From: Vermamoeba vermiformis
Taxonomy: Eukaryota
DNA: 64,000 nt
Assembly (NCBI GenBank): GCA_045837725.1
Contig: JBEWZL010000083.1
Location: 62,001 to 126,000 of the forward strand
Direction: 5' to 3'
The position numbers were made by a program, and so were the translations under genes. Below the pieces are notes generated by a model, which made no database searches, was not told where the DNA came from, and saw only the letters and a program-made list of their open reading frames with translations. Shown in pieces: positions 1 to 12,273 of this stretch (position 1 is its first letter; the number at the start of each line of letters is the position of its first letter).

Positions 1-174
1 GTGAGTTTCGATTTGATTGCAGTTCCAAAAATGGAAATACGAATTTTGAAAAGGTTAAAAAAGAAGGAATTTCACATAGTTCTTCAGATTACAATCTGCA
101 ATGTCATAAAATTTACATACAGACATGTTGCGTTTCGGTCAGAGTATTCTATATGATAATTTTCAAATGAAACG

Positions 175-3100
175 ATGGCTGCTGCTGGATGGATCGACGA
201 ATCTGTTCTCTTGAAGGTGATTCCGCTGTCCAAGCTTGCAGCATACGAATGGGACATTACTACGAACGTTTCTAAATTCAACGAAGCATTTTTTGAGTTA
301 TTCGGAGCAGACAAAAATAATCCAAATGCAGTGGAAGATTTTATGTTATTGAAATACATAGTAGACAAAGAAGAGGTTATTAAAGAAACTGGAAAACTAG
401 TTAATTATGCCAAGAGCTTGGACTTATCAAAAGAAGGTTCGTAGATTAATTAAAAATACCAAACACAAATTATCGGAGCTATTTTATTTTAAATTTCTGA
501 ATCACCTGTGATGCCGTTCAATGCTATTATAATCATGGTAGAGCCGATCAACTATTTTTGTATATTTTTTAAAATTGTGTTTTGGCGGAAACGGCAGACT
601 CCGGATTTACTTACTTACTTTCGTTGCCCTAGCGAAAGAATGATTAGGCCTTGTAATAATTATTCATAATAGGCATAGTCATCGAAAGTGAAGGACGATT
701 CGATTTTACATACCGCTTGAAAGTAGCAGATGGATCGATTAAGTGGGCTAATACGAGAGGTGGCGTAGTCATAGAGGAAGTAGTCGATCAAAATACGAAT
801 ATCATATCGAAGCACATCAAGATAGTCGGAATAGTTCAAGATTTGACGAATGTATGGGACAGATTCAAAGCTGAGGCCCACGTGCCTAACGAAAACGCGC
901 CAAAAGAAGTAGAAAATTTTATGCTTGTAACAGAAGCAATTCCGCACTTAGTATGGGCCAATCAGGTACTAATCAAGCTAAAATACTCGAACCGAAATTT
1001 TTAAACGTTTTTTTCAGCCGTCAGGCGAGATCAGCTACTTCAACTCACGATGGGCCGATTATACTGGCGTCACTATCAACACTTTGAGCACCACTAACTG
1101 GTCTTGGCGAAGTATTTTGCATCCAGACGACGCTGAAGACATGATCCAATCTTGGAACCAGGCTTTAAATAGCGTAATGCCGTTCATGAAAAATTTCGAT
1201 GTTTTAATAATTTTAATATTTATTGTGCTCAGGGCCAAGATTATGAATGCAGATTTCGATTACGCAGACAAGACGGAGAATATCGGTGGCATCTCGGACG
1301 AGGTGTTCCTATTAAAGGATCCGATGGCACGATCAAACGATGGTTCAGCACGTGCACCGATATCCACGATCAAAAGATGTTAGAAGAGAAAGCTACCTCG
1401 TCAGAAATGAGATTAAAGTGGTTGATCCAGAGCTTCCCGGTCAATATTTGGACGATCGACAATAAAGGCACTGTCACGTTCATGAACCAGCAAGAAAACA
1501 CCGATAATATTGGTTGGGGTAAGTATAAGCATCATATTATAATACTTCAATAAGCCTAATAATCTTTGCGTTATAGTGCCGGAACTTATTGGCACATCCA
1601 TTTTCGATTATTTTGATCAGCGCGGCCTGGCACAGGTTAAGCCGTTAATTCATCGAGCATTAAGTGGCGAGAAATTTTCAGCAGAAATTTGCGTGGAAAA
1701 TACTTGGTTTGACGTGCACTACTGGCCATCTGAAGAATGAAAAAGGCGAAATGACAGGTGTCGCTGGCGTGTCAGCAGATGTCACTATCAAAAAACAAGC
1801 GGAAAAACTCATCATTAGCGAGCAGAGTGCGTTGAAAGTGGCGCAAATGAAATCGGAGTTTTTGACGACTATGAGCCACGAGATCCGGACACCATTGAAC
1901 GGGATCATTGGAATGAGCGAATTTTTAGCGGAAACGAAGCTAACCGACGAACAAACGAAGTATTTGGATATTATTCAGAATTCAAGCTCTCACTTATTGA
2001 ACCTTATTAACGATATTTTGGACTACTCAAAGATTGATAGCGGCAAAGTAGACTTGGAGCCGAGAAATTTCACTTTGTCGGCGTTACTCGAGTCATGCTT
2101 AAGATTATTTATTCATAAGCTGCAAAGCAAGAGATTGAGTTGTGGCGTTTGCGTTGACCAAACGTTGACCAAGTTGATTATGACAGCGGATGAAGGACGG
2201 ATCTGCCAAATTTTAATCAATTTCGTGTCAAACGCTATCAAATTTACACCGGCCAATGGCGTCATTAATATCAAGGTTATTCCGATCAAACAAGAAAAGT
2301 TCATTCAGCTTCGACAAGACAAAGAAAAATTTTTGCAATTAATTCCAGCGACGCGAAGTTCAAAATCGCAATTTGAAGGCGAAGAAAAATCAATTAGAAT
2401 TACAGAAATTAAATCAACGGAAGACGATTGGAACGTTTCTGAAGCCAGCAGCGAAACAATGCACGTGTTGTTCTTAGTGCGTGACACGGGAATTGGCGTG
2501 TCAAAAGAAACTGAACAAAAATTATTTTCACCGTTCGTGCAAGCCATGGGCACGCATCGACAGTTCGGCGGTACCGGCCTCGGACTTTCAATTTGCAAGA
2601 AGTTAACGGAGCTTATGAAAGGCGAAATAGGCGTGTTTAGCGGCGAAGGTCAAGGCTCACTATTTTGGTGCTTATTTCCTATTTTGGTAAAACCAAATAC
2701 GTAAGTGGATCCAGATCTCCTCGAACAAAAAAAATTCAATTGTTCTTATTAATTTAAGCAATCATAATATTATATATATTTATAATCATAGTAATAATTA
2801 TATCTTTGTTTTGTAGTAATGAGGAATTTTCACCGTCCAACGAACGCGTGGATGTGCCCATGGAACCTAAGCTACTCTTCGAAAGTAACAAAAGAAGACC
2901 TAATCTATTAGTAGTAGAAGACCATCCAGTGAATAGGAAGCTAATGATATTAACACTGCAAAAGCTTGGATGCGATGTAACGGCCTGTAGCAACGGTTAC
3001 GAGGCGCTGGATCTGCTTTACAAACAGATGCAGAAATTTGATATTATATATATGGACTGTCATATGCCGGGTCTAGACGGCTACGAAACCTCAAGAGAGA

Positions 3101-3282
3101 TCCGCAAACACGAAATTTCCGAGAATAATATCAAGCCAGTCCCGATTGTGGCCTTGACTGCAGCCGCGTTGCCTGGTGACCGAGAGAAGTGTCTGGACGC
3201 AGGCATGAATGATTATATAACCAAGCCTGTCACTCGACAAGTCATTGCTGCGTCCATCAAGAAGTGGATCCCCTGGGTTTGA
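175..3282 (+). CDS. Hybrid sensor histidine kinase (multiple PAS/PAC - HisKA - HATPase_c - receiver), multi-exon, 5' end uncertain or possibly outside the window
   Basis: Spliced exons (approx. 175-436, 679-965, 1018-1173, 1233-1518, 1577-2700, 2817-3282) give PAS motifs (ILHPDD, FRLRRQDGEYRWH), H-box MSHEIRTPLNGI, N-box QILINFVSNAIKF, G boxes DTGIG and GGTGLGL, and receiver VEDH..MD..MPGLDG..KP. One +1 frameshift near 1729. Confidence 0.93.
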
Positions 3283-3290
3283 GAGTTATT

Positions 3291-3363
3291 TTTGTCAACA
3301 CTGAAGCGTCGTTCTATTGCGTTTGCAACCATGGATTTGAAGGCGATGGCTTCATTTGCAAAG
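3291..3363 (+). pseudogene. Orphan EGF-domain exon fragment
   Basis: Reads [24 protein letters not shown] then a phase-1 donor (g|gtacta), like the EGF exons downstream; lacks the 5' half and lies just after the kinase stop codon. Confidence 0.65.
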
Positions 3364-3904
3364 GTACTATAACATATATATCTCTATCTATATTAGCTTA
3401 TAATAATCGGAACTTAGACACGTCTGAAGATGTCGACGTTGTAATGACACGAGTCACTCTGTCATAATTCCGGCTTCAAGTCAATAGTCGCGTAATTACA
3501 CTGATCATCAGGTAAGAATAACATATTCACAAATATCATATATTGGCTAATAGCTAACCGATTTTAGAACAAGTTGCCGTTGACACAATCTGTGTGACAT
3601 GCCCGTGACAAGTGAATTCGTCGGCAGATTCGCCGCCTATTTGTAGCGGTTATATTATCTAACGGCAGAGTACGTTATGATATTGATGCGTTCCTATTGT
3701 TATTTGAAGACCCATACTTGGTCAACAAAGAGCGGATCTATCTGCAAAGGAACTTTACCGTAAGCATGATTTTATACATTCCGTTGTCTATTGAAGTATT
3801 AATATTATGTGTCCTTGTGATTCAGCAAGGTATTAATTGGCACAATGCGTCTTGTTTCCTTATTATTATGCTGCTTATTTCTTCGGATCAAGCAACAAGA
3901 GAGA

Positions 3905-6220
3905 ATGTTGCGGAAGATTTTTTGGACCGCTGTGATAGTATTAGCTCATATTAATTGGATTAATGCCTCACAGTGGCTTTCAGCTCCTCTATCACGTTTT
4001 AATGGCACAATCACCTTCGACGATCTGAATCTGGTCCCATCCGTACAGTTCATTTCGGAGTATTATACCGCCACTCTCGCGCCATCAGCTACCTTTCAGA
4101 ATATTACACTAAATGGCTCTTGGTGCGGAATTCATTATTACAAAGATACGCCACCGTACATTACCAACGTTCACTGGCTAAGTGAGATCGCGTGGACGGA
4201 TGTGCCTGCTCAAAAACCCGGATGGTATGCTAGTACCTTCTTCAATACTGCTAGCAGCTCTTGCAGGTTTAACTTCAGAGATCCGATCTACAGCGTGTCG
4301 ATGCTGATCAACAGCGCTTCGACAGCCTCATTTATGATCTACGACGGCAATGGCAATGTCATTAATACTACGACTATACCTCAAAAGACGGGAGTGAATA
4401 CATTCTCGTATTTTGGATACACTTCTGAAACGAAATTCAGCGGATTTGGTGTACTTTCGACAGGAGTCGAGGGACAAGTTACTATGGACAATGTGCAATG
4501 GTTTCAGTGCCCTATTAATCAACGACTTCGCGGAAATATATGCGAAGGTAATCTTTAATTCTGGAAATTACACAAAAATTAATATTAATCTTTTGTGATC
4601 TGCAGATCTATGTGCAACAGTGACATGTGGTGCACATGCCTCGTGCTTTAGTTCTTCCGGTGTGGCCGTATGCAAATGCGATATTGGATATGAAGGTGAC
4701 GGAAAAACTTGTACAGGTAAGTCGCGGAAATTTTTTTCGACAGTCGTGCAGATCCGCTACTTTGAGCAACTGATGAACAATCACTAATAATAATATTGAC
4801 TAGTCTATGATCCATGTAAGAATGCAACGTGTAGCTCTAACGCTTTGTGCACCTCCTCTGGCCTAACTTACACTTGCACGTGCAAAAATGGTTCCGAAGG
4901 TGACGGGGTCACCTGCACAGGTAAAAATTTTTTTTTAATGATACCAAAACTTTATTACAAGAATCAAACTAATATAAATATAAGACATTGATGAGTGCTC
5001 TCGTTCTACATCTCCGTGCAGCGAATACGCTTCTTGCAATAACACCGATGGTTCCTTCAATTGTACTTGTTTCAACGGTTTTGAAGGTGACGGAATCACG
5101 TGCTCAGGTACGATACGAGGGTTAACTTATATAGCTTAGTCTACTCAATTTTCAATGAAATTTCTTCCTTATATAGTAGTGATCTCGTGCTTTGAACGCG
5201 CGTCCAAACAACCCTACAAGACGACTGCGAGGCATTAGGTTGCCCTCGAACTTGTCTTGCCTGAAGGTTTGACGAGTTCTGGATGCGGGGCGGATTGGGA
5301 GGCACTACTAAATAAGGAAAACAAAAGTTTGCAACGAAATTTTTGCAAAGTTTAACATGTCAAGAGTTATTATCCCTCGATAAGATGACACATGACTCGC
5401 CTTATTAATAGTACCTAATGCGTTGTATATATACCAGACATCGACGAGTGCTCGTTGCCAGTACCGCCCTGCAGTTCATCGGCCAGCTGTGAAAATTATC
5501 GTGGTGGCTACAACTGCTCGTGTTTGCCTGGCTACGAAGGCGACGGATTCACTTGCAACGGTAATTCACAATTACTATAGTCTATATAATTAAGACACTA
5601 ACACTATAGTCTAGAAATTGACGAGTGTCATTAGTCGGTGTATCCTTGCAGTGCGGATGATCGTGTGTAACACTGAATTTTCTTTCTTTTGCGTTTGTAA
5701 TCATGGTTTTGAAGGCGTGGATTCAGTGACGGTATTATATTTTTTATTTATTTTTTTTTTTTTTTTTATATCAAATATTTTTTGGGGGGGAACCCCACGT
5801 GTTTTTTTAGGGCCCCAAAAAAATTGGGCTCGTTCAATTGTACTTGTGACCAAGGATATGGAGGCGGTGGATATAATAATAGTAATTGCACTGGTAAGTT
5901 GTTTTTGGATCCGATTTAAAATTTTTTGCTGGGATCTCGAAAAAAAAGTTTAATCTCAACGTTTATAGATATTGACGAATGTGCCCTCTATGAGTCACCA
6001 TGCAGTTCATTTGCATCGTGCAGCAACACTGAAGGGTCATATACTTGCACGTGCAAAGAGGGCTATGTCGGCAATGGTTTTGGGGCCGACGGATGTCGCG
6101 AGAAAGATTCGGGCAACACTCCGAGAAGTAACATCATTTCAAGAGGTCAGTTCGCACTATAATTATATCAGTGGTCTTGTGATGTTAGCTATTGCTATCA
6201 GTTTAGCCTTTGTGCTGTAA
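3905..6220 (+). CDS. Secreted/surface protein with tandem calcium-binding EGF domains and a hydrophobic C-terminal tail (possible GPI signal)
   Basis: Signal peptide [21 protein letters not shown]; series of phase-1 single-EGF exons (DIDEC...C.NT.GS..C.C..G..GDG..C) at about 4607, 4804, 4985, 5438, 5615 and 5969; ends [16 protein letters not shown]. Region 5615-5830 is garbled (stop, frameshift, homopolymer runs). Confidence 0.85.
5165..5319. ncRNA. Intronic long hairpin (pre-miRNA-like or MITE-like)
   Basis: ttccttatatagtagtg (5165-5181) pairs with cactactaaataaggaa (5303-5319) with one mismatch; nested inner helices cgcgtcca/tggatgcg, caagac/gtcttg and cgaggca/tgccctcg. Confidence 0.4.
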
Positions 6221-6274
6221 TTTTGCGGCATTAAAAATTTAGTTTTTTGCGCCATCAGTTCAAACTAACTGAAA

Positions 6275-7941
6275 ATGGGAACGTTACGCCACTCGTGTTT
6301 AATATTAATTGTATTTTTAGTGAATGTATTATTTGCGGCTATTGACTTTAAGCCACCTGTAGTGCAACAGCAAATCCGGCTGCCTCTTCGTCAAGATGTG
6401 GATGTCATTAAACTTAGCTTGCAAGATTCATCGCGTAATCGCACTGAAATATCATATAAAGGCTCTTTATCACGTAATTGTAAGTATAGCACTCGAATAA
6501 ACGAAGATTCGGCTAAACTAAATCAGAGAATAATAATATAATTAATATTTAAAATTCGAAAATTAATAATTCTATTAACGCCAATTTGAATTTTATAGGC
6601 AGTGGAATATTAATATCGCCTATGGAAGCGGAAAATGTTACAACTCCCGTAGAAATTATCTTAAGAATTAACGGATCGAGCTATCACCATACCGAGTCTT
6701 TCACGTGCACATTTAGCGTCAAAACCACTAGTGGCGACAAGACTAGCATCAAAATTAATATTGCCGTAGTGTCAGGTGCGTATTTAATGCCTACTATGGA
6801 TTTTTTCGGTGACACGTGTCAAACTGATCGGATCTCGTTTTAGACCTCTGCACTTATCAAGAAGATCCAGCATCGTATTGTCATAGTAATACTTCACTAC
6901 ATTCATATTGTAGTGCTAATGGAACGTGTGCCTGTACCACAGATTATTACGGAAAGGTAACTCGAATTAGATCTTTTATTTCTAATCTTTGTTTTTTCGA
7001 ATTTTATTTATAAATATTTCGAGAATATTATTAATAGTGTACGATACTAAGCCATATGCAATATTGTACAATGATTCGGTGTCAACCAATTACTTTATTT
7101 TTTTTTAATTTTTATCAGTGCCGTTGAAGAGTCCCTAATTAAGTAATTAAGAGTTTGCAACAATTTATCGCTAATTAATTGCAATTATTTTTCACAGAAA
7201 TGCGATCATTTTTGTGACGCAAGCACGTGCTCGCATCACGGCGAATGCAATGCTGAAGGTGTTTGTGAATGTCAACGAGACTATCACGGCCCTAAGTGCG
7301 AGTACCAGCGCTGTTCACTGAATTGTTCCGTTCACGGAAAATGCAACAATGTTACGGGCAAATGCGATTGCGAAAAGAATTACTATGGAGCCACTTGTTC
7401 GACTTACTGCGATAAGAAACAATGTGGAGAATATGGAAAGTGTGATAGTACTACTGGCGAGTGCTCGTGTAACGAAAATTGGTTCGGATCTCGCTGTCAG
7501 AACCACTGCAATGCAACTACCTGTGGATCTCATGGATCTTGCGACCAAAATGGCGAATGTCTATGTACCGAGAATTACTATGGTCGTTATTGCGAGGTCA
7601 TGTGCCTAGCATCGAGTTGTGGGCATGGCTTGTGCAATGTAACGAGCGGAGCCTGCATCTGCGAAAAAAATTTCTATGGAGAAGAATGCGATGTATTTTG
7701 CGATAATTCGACCACATGCAACGATAGAGGATATTGTAGATATGATGGATACTGCGAATGCGATGACTTGCTGTATTTTGGATACGAGTGCCAGATCAAC
7801 AAATTAGTTTTTGGCGCTGCGGTGGCTGGAAGTGCGATATTAGTCATTATAATACTTGGAGTGATCGTAGTCATTAGAAAGAATATGCAAGGAAACAAGG
7901 GCTACGAGCTCTTGACGCCAGAAGAACATTCTTTGAATTGA
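6275..7941 (+). CDS. Type I membrane protein with tenascin/laminin-type EGF repeats
   Basis: Signal peptide MGTLRHSCLILIVFLVNVLFA; 4 exons; repeated C..HG.C....G.C.C..NYYG..C units in the last exon (7198-7941); TM segment LVFGAAVAGSAILVIIILGVIVVI followed by RK and a short tail with YELL. Confidence 0.88.
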
Positions 7942-8382
7942 ACTAGTTCCGGATCTAGCCAGACAAACGAATAATGCGAATAAAATGTACATTATTTTCA
8001 CTCAACTGTCTAATATGCGTTTTTATAATGCAAGACCTCATTTCGTTAACATAGCCCAAATTAAGCGCTGCAACCAACATTTTCTTTTTTGGATCCGCCG
8101 CAGCTCAAGCAATCAAACGCCTAATGTATTAACGGAGGTCAAAAATAATAATAAAGAATTGTTAGTTCGTAAGTCATTCATTATTCTAGAATTGATCTGT
8201 GTCAACAAATGACATGACACGTGCCATGCCGAATGATCACGTGGTTAGGCTACAGCTGAAATGAATTTGCTTTTTATCGACTACCAGAATAAATAGATAA
8301 ACAAGAAATTACCACGATATATATCTATACCGGTATATGATGATCCATCGTAAACCCGGCGGAGCCACATCCAGCCGTTGTT

Positions 8383-9857
8383 TTAAATGTAGGCAAATTG
8401 CAGGGACTCAGGCACCACGAAACCAGCCACAAAAGCGTTGTTGAGCACTTGACCAGTTGTAATATCGAGAGTATAGAGGTAAGCGCCCTTATCACCTTCC
8501 ACCGAAACATAAAGGTTTTGGGTGATCGGATCCAAAGCCCAGTCAGTCGTGATTCCGTCAGGCAGTTGAATCTTTACCGCACTACAGGCACCAGTAGGGC
8601 TCACCTTCTCAATGTAGAAGACAAACTCTACAAAACAGATCAGCTGATCCAAATCCAGTACGCGTTACTAAAATGACGTACCGATGCCACTGAATTCGTA
8701 AGAAAAGATGTACAACTGTTTATGTACTGCGTTGTATCGGATACGTTGGGGCGCCAGCGAGGGAGAACACATTACTTGAACAGTTTTGATTTTCGACGGA
8801 TTCGACAACGAGATCTGCCGATCGACTCTTGAATTAGGATTTCTATTGGTATACTTGCAGCTTTCATAATACTTACAGAGTGAAGAAAGACGCCGGTGGA
8901 GGTGGCGTTAACAGCTTTTACGGAGAGCCAGTAGTAGATTTGGTTGGCCGAGTCGAGAGTACCAGTAGTGAAGCTATAATCGGTATCGATTTGAGCAACT
9001 AACGAAGATTAGAACTATATTTATATATTATGACGCACTCACTAACACTCCAGGGTTTGGATTCGTCAGTCGGGAACGAGATCAAGAAATCTCCTCTGTT
9101 AGCGGTAGCACCAGCAACTGAATAGTAGTTAGACAAGAATGGATGGTATATTAACGAATTAATCGTACCGATAATACGTTGCTGGGAAGCATCGTAAGTA
9201 AGCCTAAATGTTGGAGATCAGATGCGAACTCAAAAAATCATTTCTTTCAATGAAATACTATACCGAAGACTTCGTGCTTACTCGTAAATAAGATTAACTG
9301 GGAAAGCCAAAGGAGACATGAGGGTATTAGTCTTCACATTGCCACGGTAAACAAAGTTATAAACGGAGAAGTAAGCCGGTACGTAATAGTACACTCCGTT
9401 CAAGGCATCGAAAGCAGAAATGCCCTTGCTACTACCGCTAGATATTTAAAGTAATTACGATACTGCAGTAGGGAATTTTAAAGATTTAATTACCTTGGTC
9501 CAGCGTAGTAGAAAGTCTCCATGATATCGCCAACTGCACCAGTCTTAGGATCGATGGTAACGAGGTGAGAAGCAGAGGAAGCGTCTTGACTAGTGATCAT
9601 AGTCACGGCAGAGAAGAGCATCGGCTTCGTAGCATTAACCTATCCACAAAGATTTGACTCAGTACAAAAGTTAAATCAGCCTACAAACGATCGAGAAATC
9701 CTAAAATATGCTTTATTTGATTTCAGGATTGTTATTAATGTGTTTAAAAGCTTTAAACTAGCGAATTTTGATTTAAGGATGCGGCGATCCCGAATCTGTT
9801 TTCGGTGGAGAAACTTACAACCGCCAAAATAGCAAGAAAGACCGCTAATATCTTCAT
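8383..9857 (-). CDS. Secreted protein of unknown function, probable beta-propeller; tandem copy 1 of 3
   Basis: 8 exons with the same intron positions as copies 2 and 3; signal peptide MKILAVFLAILAV; repeated blade-like motifs (AFDALNGVYYY, TYDASQQRII, TLDSANQIYYW, ALDPITQNLYV). Confidence 0.85.
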
Positions 9858-10027
9858 AGTAAATAGTTTGACCAGTGTGTGTTACTTTAAAGAGTAAGTA
9901 AGCTAACAGAGGTATAAAAGCGGAAACGAAAAGTTTAAATTTCCTGTTTTGGTCTTAAAATACGGTGTATTTTGCAGATACTGCAAGAGGCGGAGTTACT
10001 GTTACGCGGGAAAGCGGGCCAGCTAAG

Positions 10028-10152
10028 TGTGATTGCGAAAAGCAATACTAAGGAGCCACTTATTCGACTTCCTGCGATAAGAAGCAATGTGGAGACTACC
10101 GAAAGTATGACAGCTCTGCGAACGAAGCTTGGTTCGGATCTCGCCGTCAGAA
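10028..10152 (+). pseudogene. Decayed fragment of the EGF gene exon at 7364-7503
   Basis: Direct nucleotide similarity to 7364-7503 with an in-frame TAA and an internal deletion. Confidence 0.8.
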
Positions 10153-10429
10153 AGTCTTCTTTTGAAGCAAATTAAAGTTGATCTGCATAACGAAACCATT
10201 ACTATCCATTTAGTTCCTCATAAAGATAGCCAGATCGAGCTGCTCTAAGGTTAAACGTCAACAAGTACATGACACGTGCGATGTGTAATGATCACGTGGT
10301 TGGGCAACAACTGAAATGAATTTACGTTTATCGACCTGAACAAAATGGGTAAAGAAATCATTACCACGATATATTTATACCGGTATATGATGACCCAATC
10401 GTAAACCAGCAGGTGATCCAGCCGTTGTT

Positions 10430-11909
10430 TTAGATGTAGGCAAATTGCAGGGACTCAGGCACCAGGAAATCAGCCACAACAACGTTGTTGAGCACTTGAC
10501 CAGTCGTGACATCGAGAGTATAGAGGGAAATGCCCTGATCACCTGCCAAAGAAACGTAAAGGTTTTGGGTGATCGGATCCAAGGCCCAGTCAGTCGTGAT
10601 TCCGTCAGGCAGTTGTGTCTTGATGGCACTACAGGCACCATTGGGGCTCACCTTCTCAATATAGAAGGTATACTCTACAAAAACAGATCAGCTGATCCAA
10701 ATCCAGTACGCGTTTCAAAAATAACGTACCGCTGCCACTGAATTCGTAAGAAAAGATGTACAGCTGCTTATGTACTGCGTCGTATCGGATATGCTCGGGC
10801 TTAAGCAGAGGTGAACACATCACTTGAACAGTATTGATGGTGGACGGATTCGACAACGAGATCTGAACAATGATGCTTCAATTAGGATTTCTATTGGTAT
10901 ATATGTCATAATACTAGCTATATAATACTTACAGAATGAAGAAAGACGCTGGTGGAGTTGTCGTGAACTACTTCTACGGAGACCCAGTAGTAGATTTGGT
11001 TGGCGGAGTCAAGAGTACCAGTAGCGAAGCTGTAATCAGTACCAATTTGAGCAACTAACGAAGATTAGATGTATACTTATATATATTATGAAATTCGATT
11101 CACTCACCAACACTCCAGGGTTGGGATTCGTCAGTCGGGAACGCGATCAAGAAATTTCCTTGCTTTTTAGTGTAACCAGCAACTGGATAGTAGTTAGCAA
11201 AGTATGAATATCATATTATCGAATTAATCGTACCGATAATGCGTTGTTGGGAAGCATCATAAGTAAGCCTAAAGTTTCAAGATCAGATGCGTTACAAAAA
11301 TATCATTTCTTTCAATGAAACTACGATTTTGAAGGACGCTTACTCGAAGATATAATCAAATGGGAAAGCGATAGGAGACATGAGGGTATTAGTCTTCACG
11401 TTGCCACGGAAAACAAAGTCAGAGTCGCCATCCGTTACGTAGTAGTACACTCCGTTCAAGAAATCGAAAGCTGAAATACCGCTGTTACTAACGCTACATA
11501 TTTAAAGTAGTTAGGATACTATAATAGGGAATTTTAAAGATTTAATTACCTTGATCCAGCATAGAAGAAAGTCTCCATGATATCGCCAACTGCACCCGTC
11601 TTAGGATTGATGGTAATGAGGTGAGAAGCAGATGCATAATCTTGACTAGTGATCATAGTCACGGTAGAGTAGAGCATCGGCTTTGTGGCAGCAAGCTATC
11701 CACAAGGCGATTAGTACAAAAGTTTACTGGGGCCTACAAACGATCGAATAAGGAAATCCTAAGATATGCTTTTTTGATTTTAATATAGTTATTATAAACG
11801 TTAAACTGCTAATTTTGATTTTGGTTCAGGATGTGGCGATCGCCAATCTGTTTTCGCCGAAGAAACTTACAATCGCTACAATAGCAAGAAATACCGCGAA
11901 TATCTTCAT
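10430..11909 (-). CDS. Secreted protein of unknown function, probable beta-propeller; tandem copy 2 of 3
   Basis: Paralogous to 8383-9857 exon by exon; signal peptide MKIFAVFLAIVAI; ends ESLQFAYI. Confidence 0.85.
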
Positions 11910-12032
11910 ATTAGATAATTTGATCACGGTATGTGTTACTTTAAAGAATAAGTCAACAAAAATAACGCAAGAGGCGGAGTTGCTGTTACGCACGAAAAGC
12001 GGGAAATGAACAATGTCAGGGACGAGCGATTG

Positions 12033-12172
12033 GCGATTGCGAAAAGAATTACTATGGAGCCACTTGTTCGACTTACTGCGATAAGAAGCTATGTGGAGAC
12101 TACGGAAAATGTGATAGTACTACTGGCGAGTGCTCGTGTAACGAAAATTGGTTCGGATCTCGCTGTCAGAAC
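12033..12172 (+). pseudogene. Near-identical fragment of the EGF gene exon at 7364-7503
   Basis: About 140 nt matching 7364-7503 with 5 substitutions by my count; no start or splice context. Confidence 0.85.
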
Positions 12173-12273
12173 GACTTATTTTGAAGCAAATTAAAGTTTA
12201 TCTATTGGATAAGATGTATAACGAAACCATTACCATCCATTTAGTTCCAAATAAGAGAGCCAGATCGAGCTGC

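Noticed and set aside
175-3282. Bacterial contamination suggested by the His kinase (also by the NmrA-like and M15 genes)
   Set aside because: All contain canonical spliceosomal introns and are embedded among eukaryotic genes.
5174-5310. CACTA transposon (tagtg ... cacta ends)
   Set aside because: The words are in the wrong orientation for CACTA termini and there is no 3-bp target duplication.
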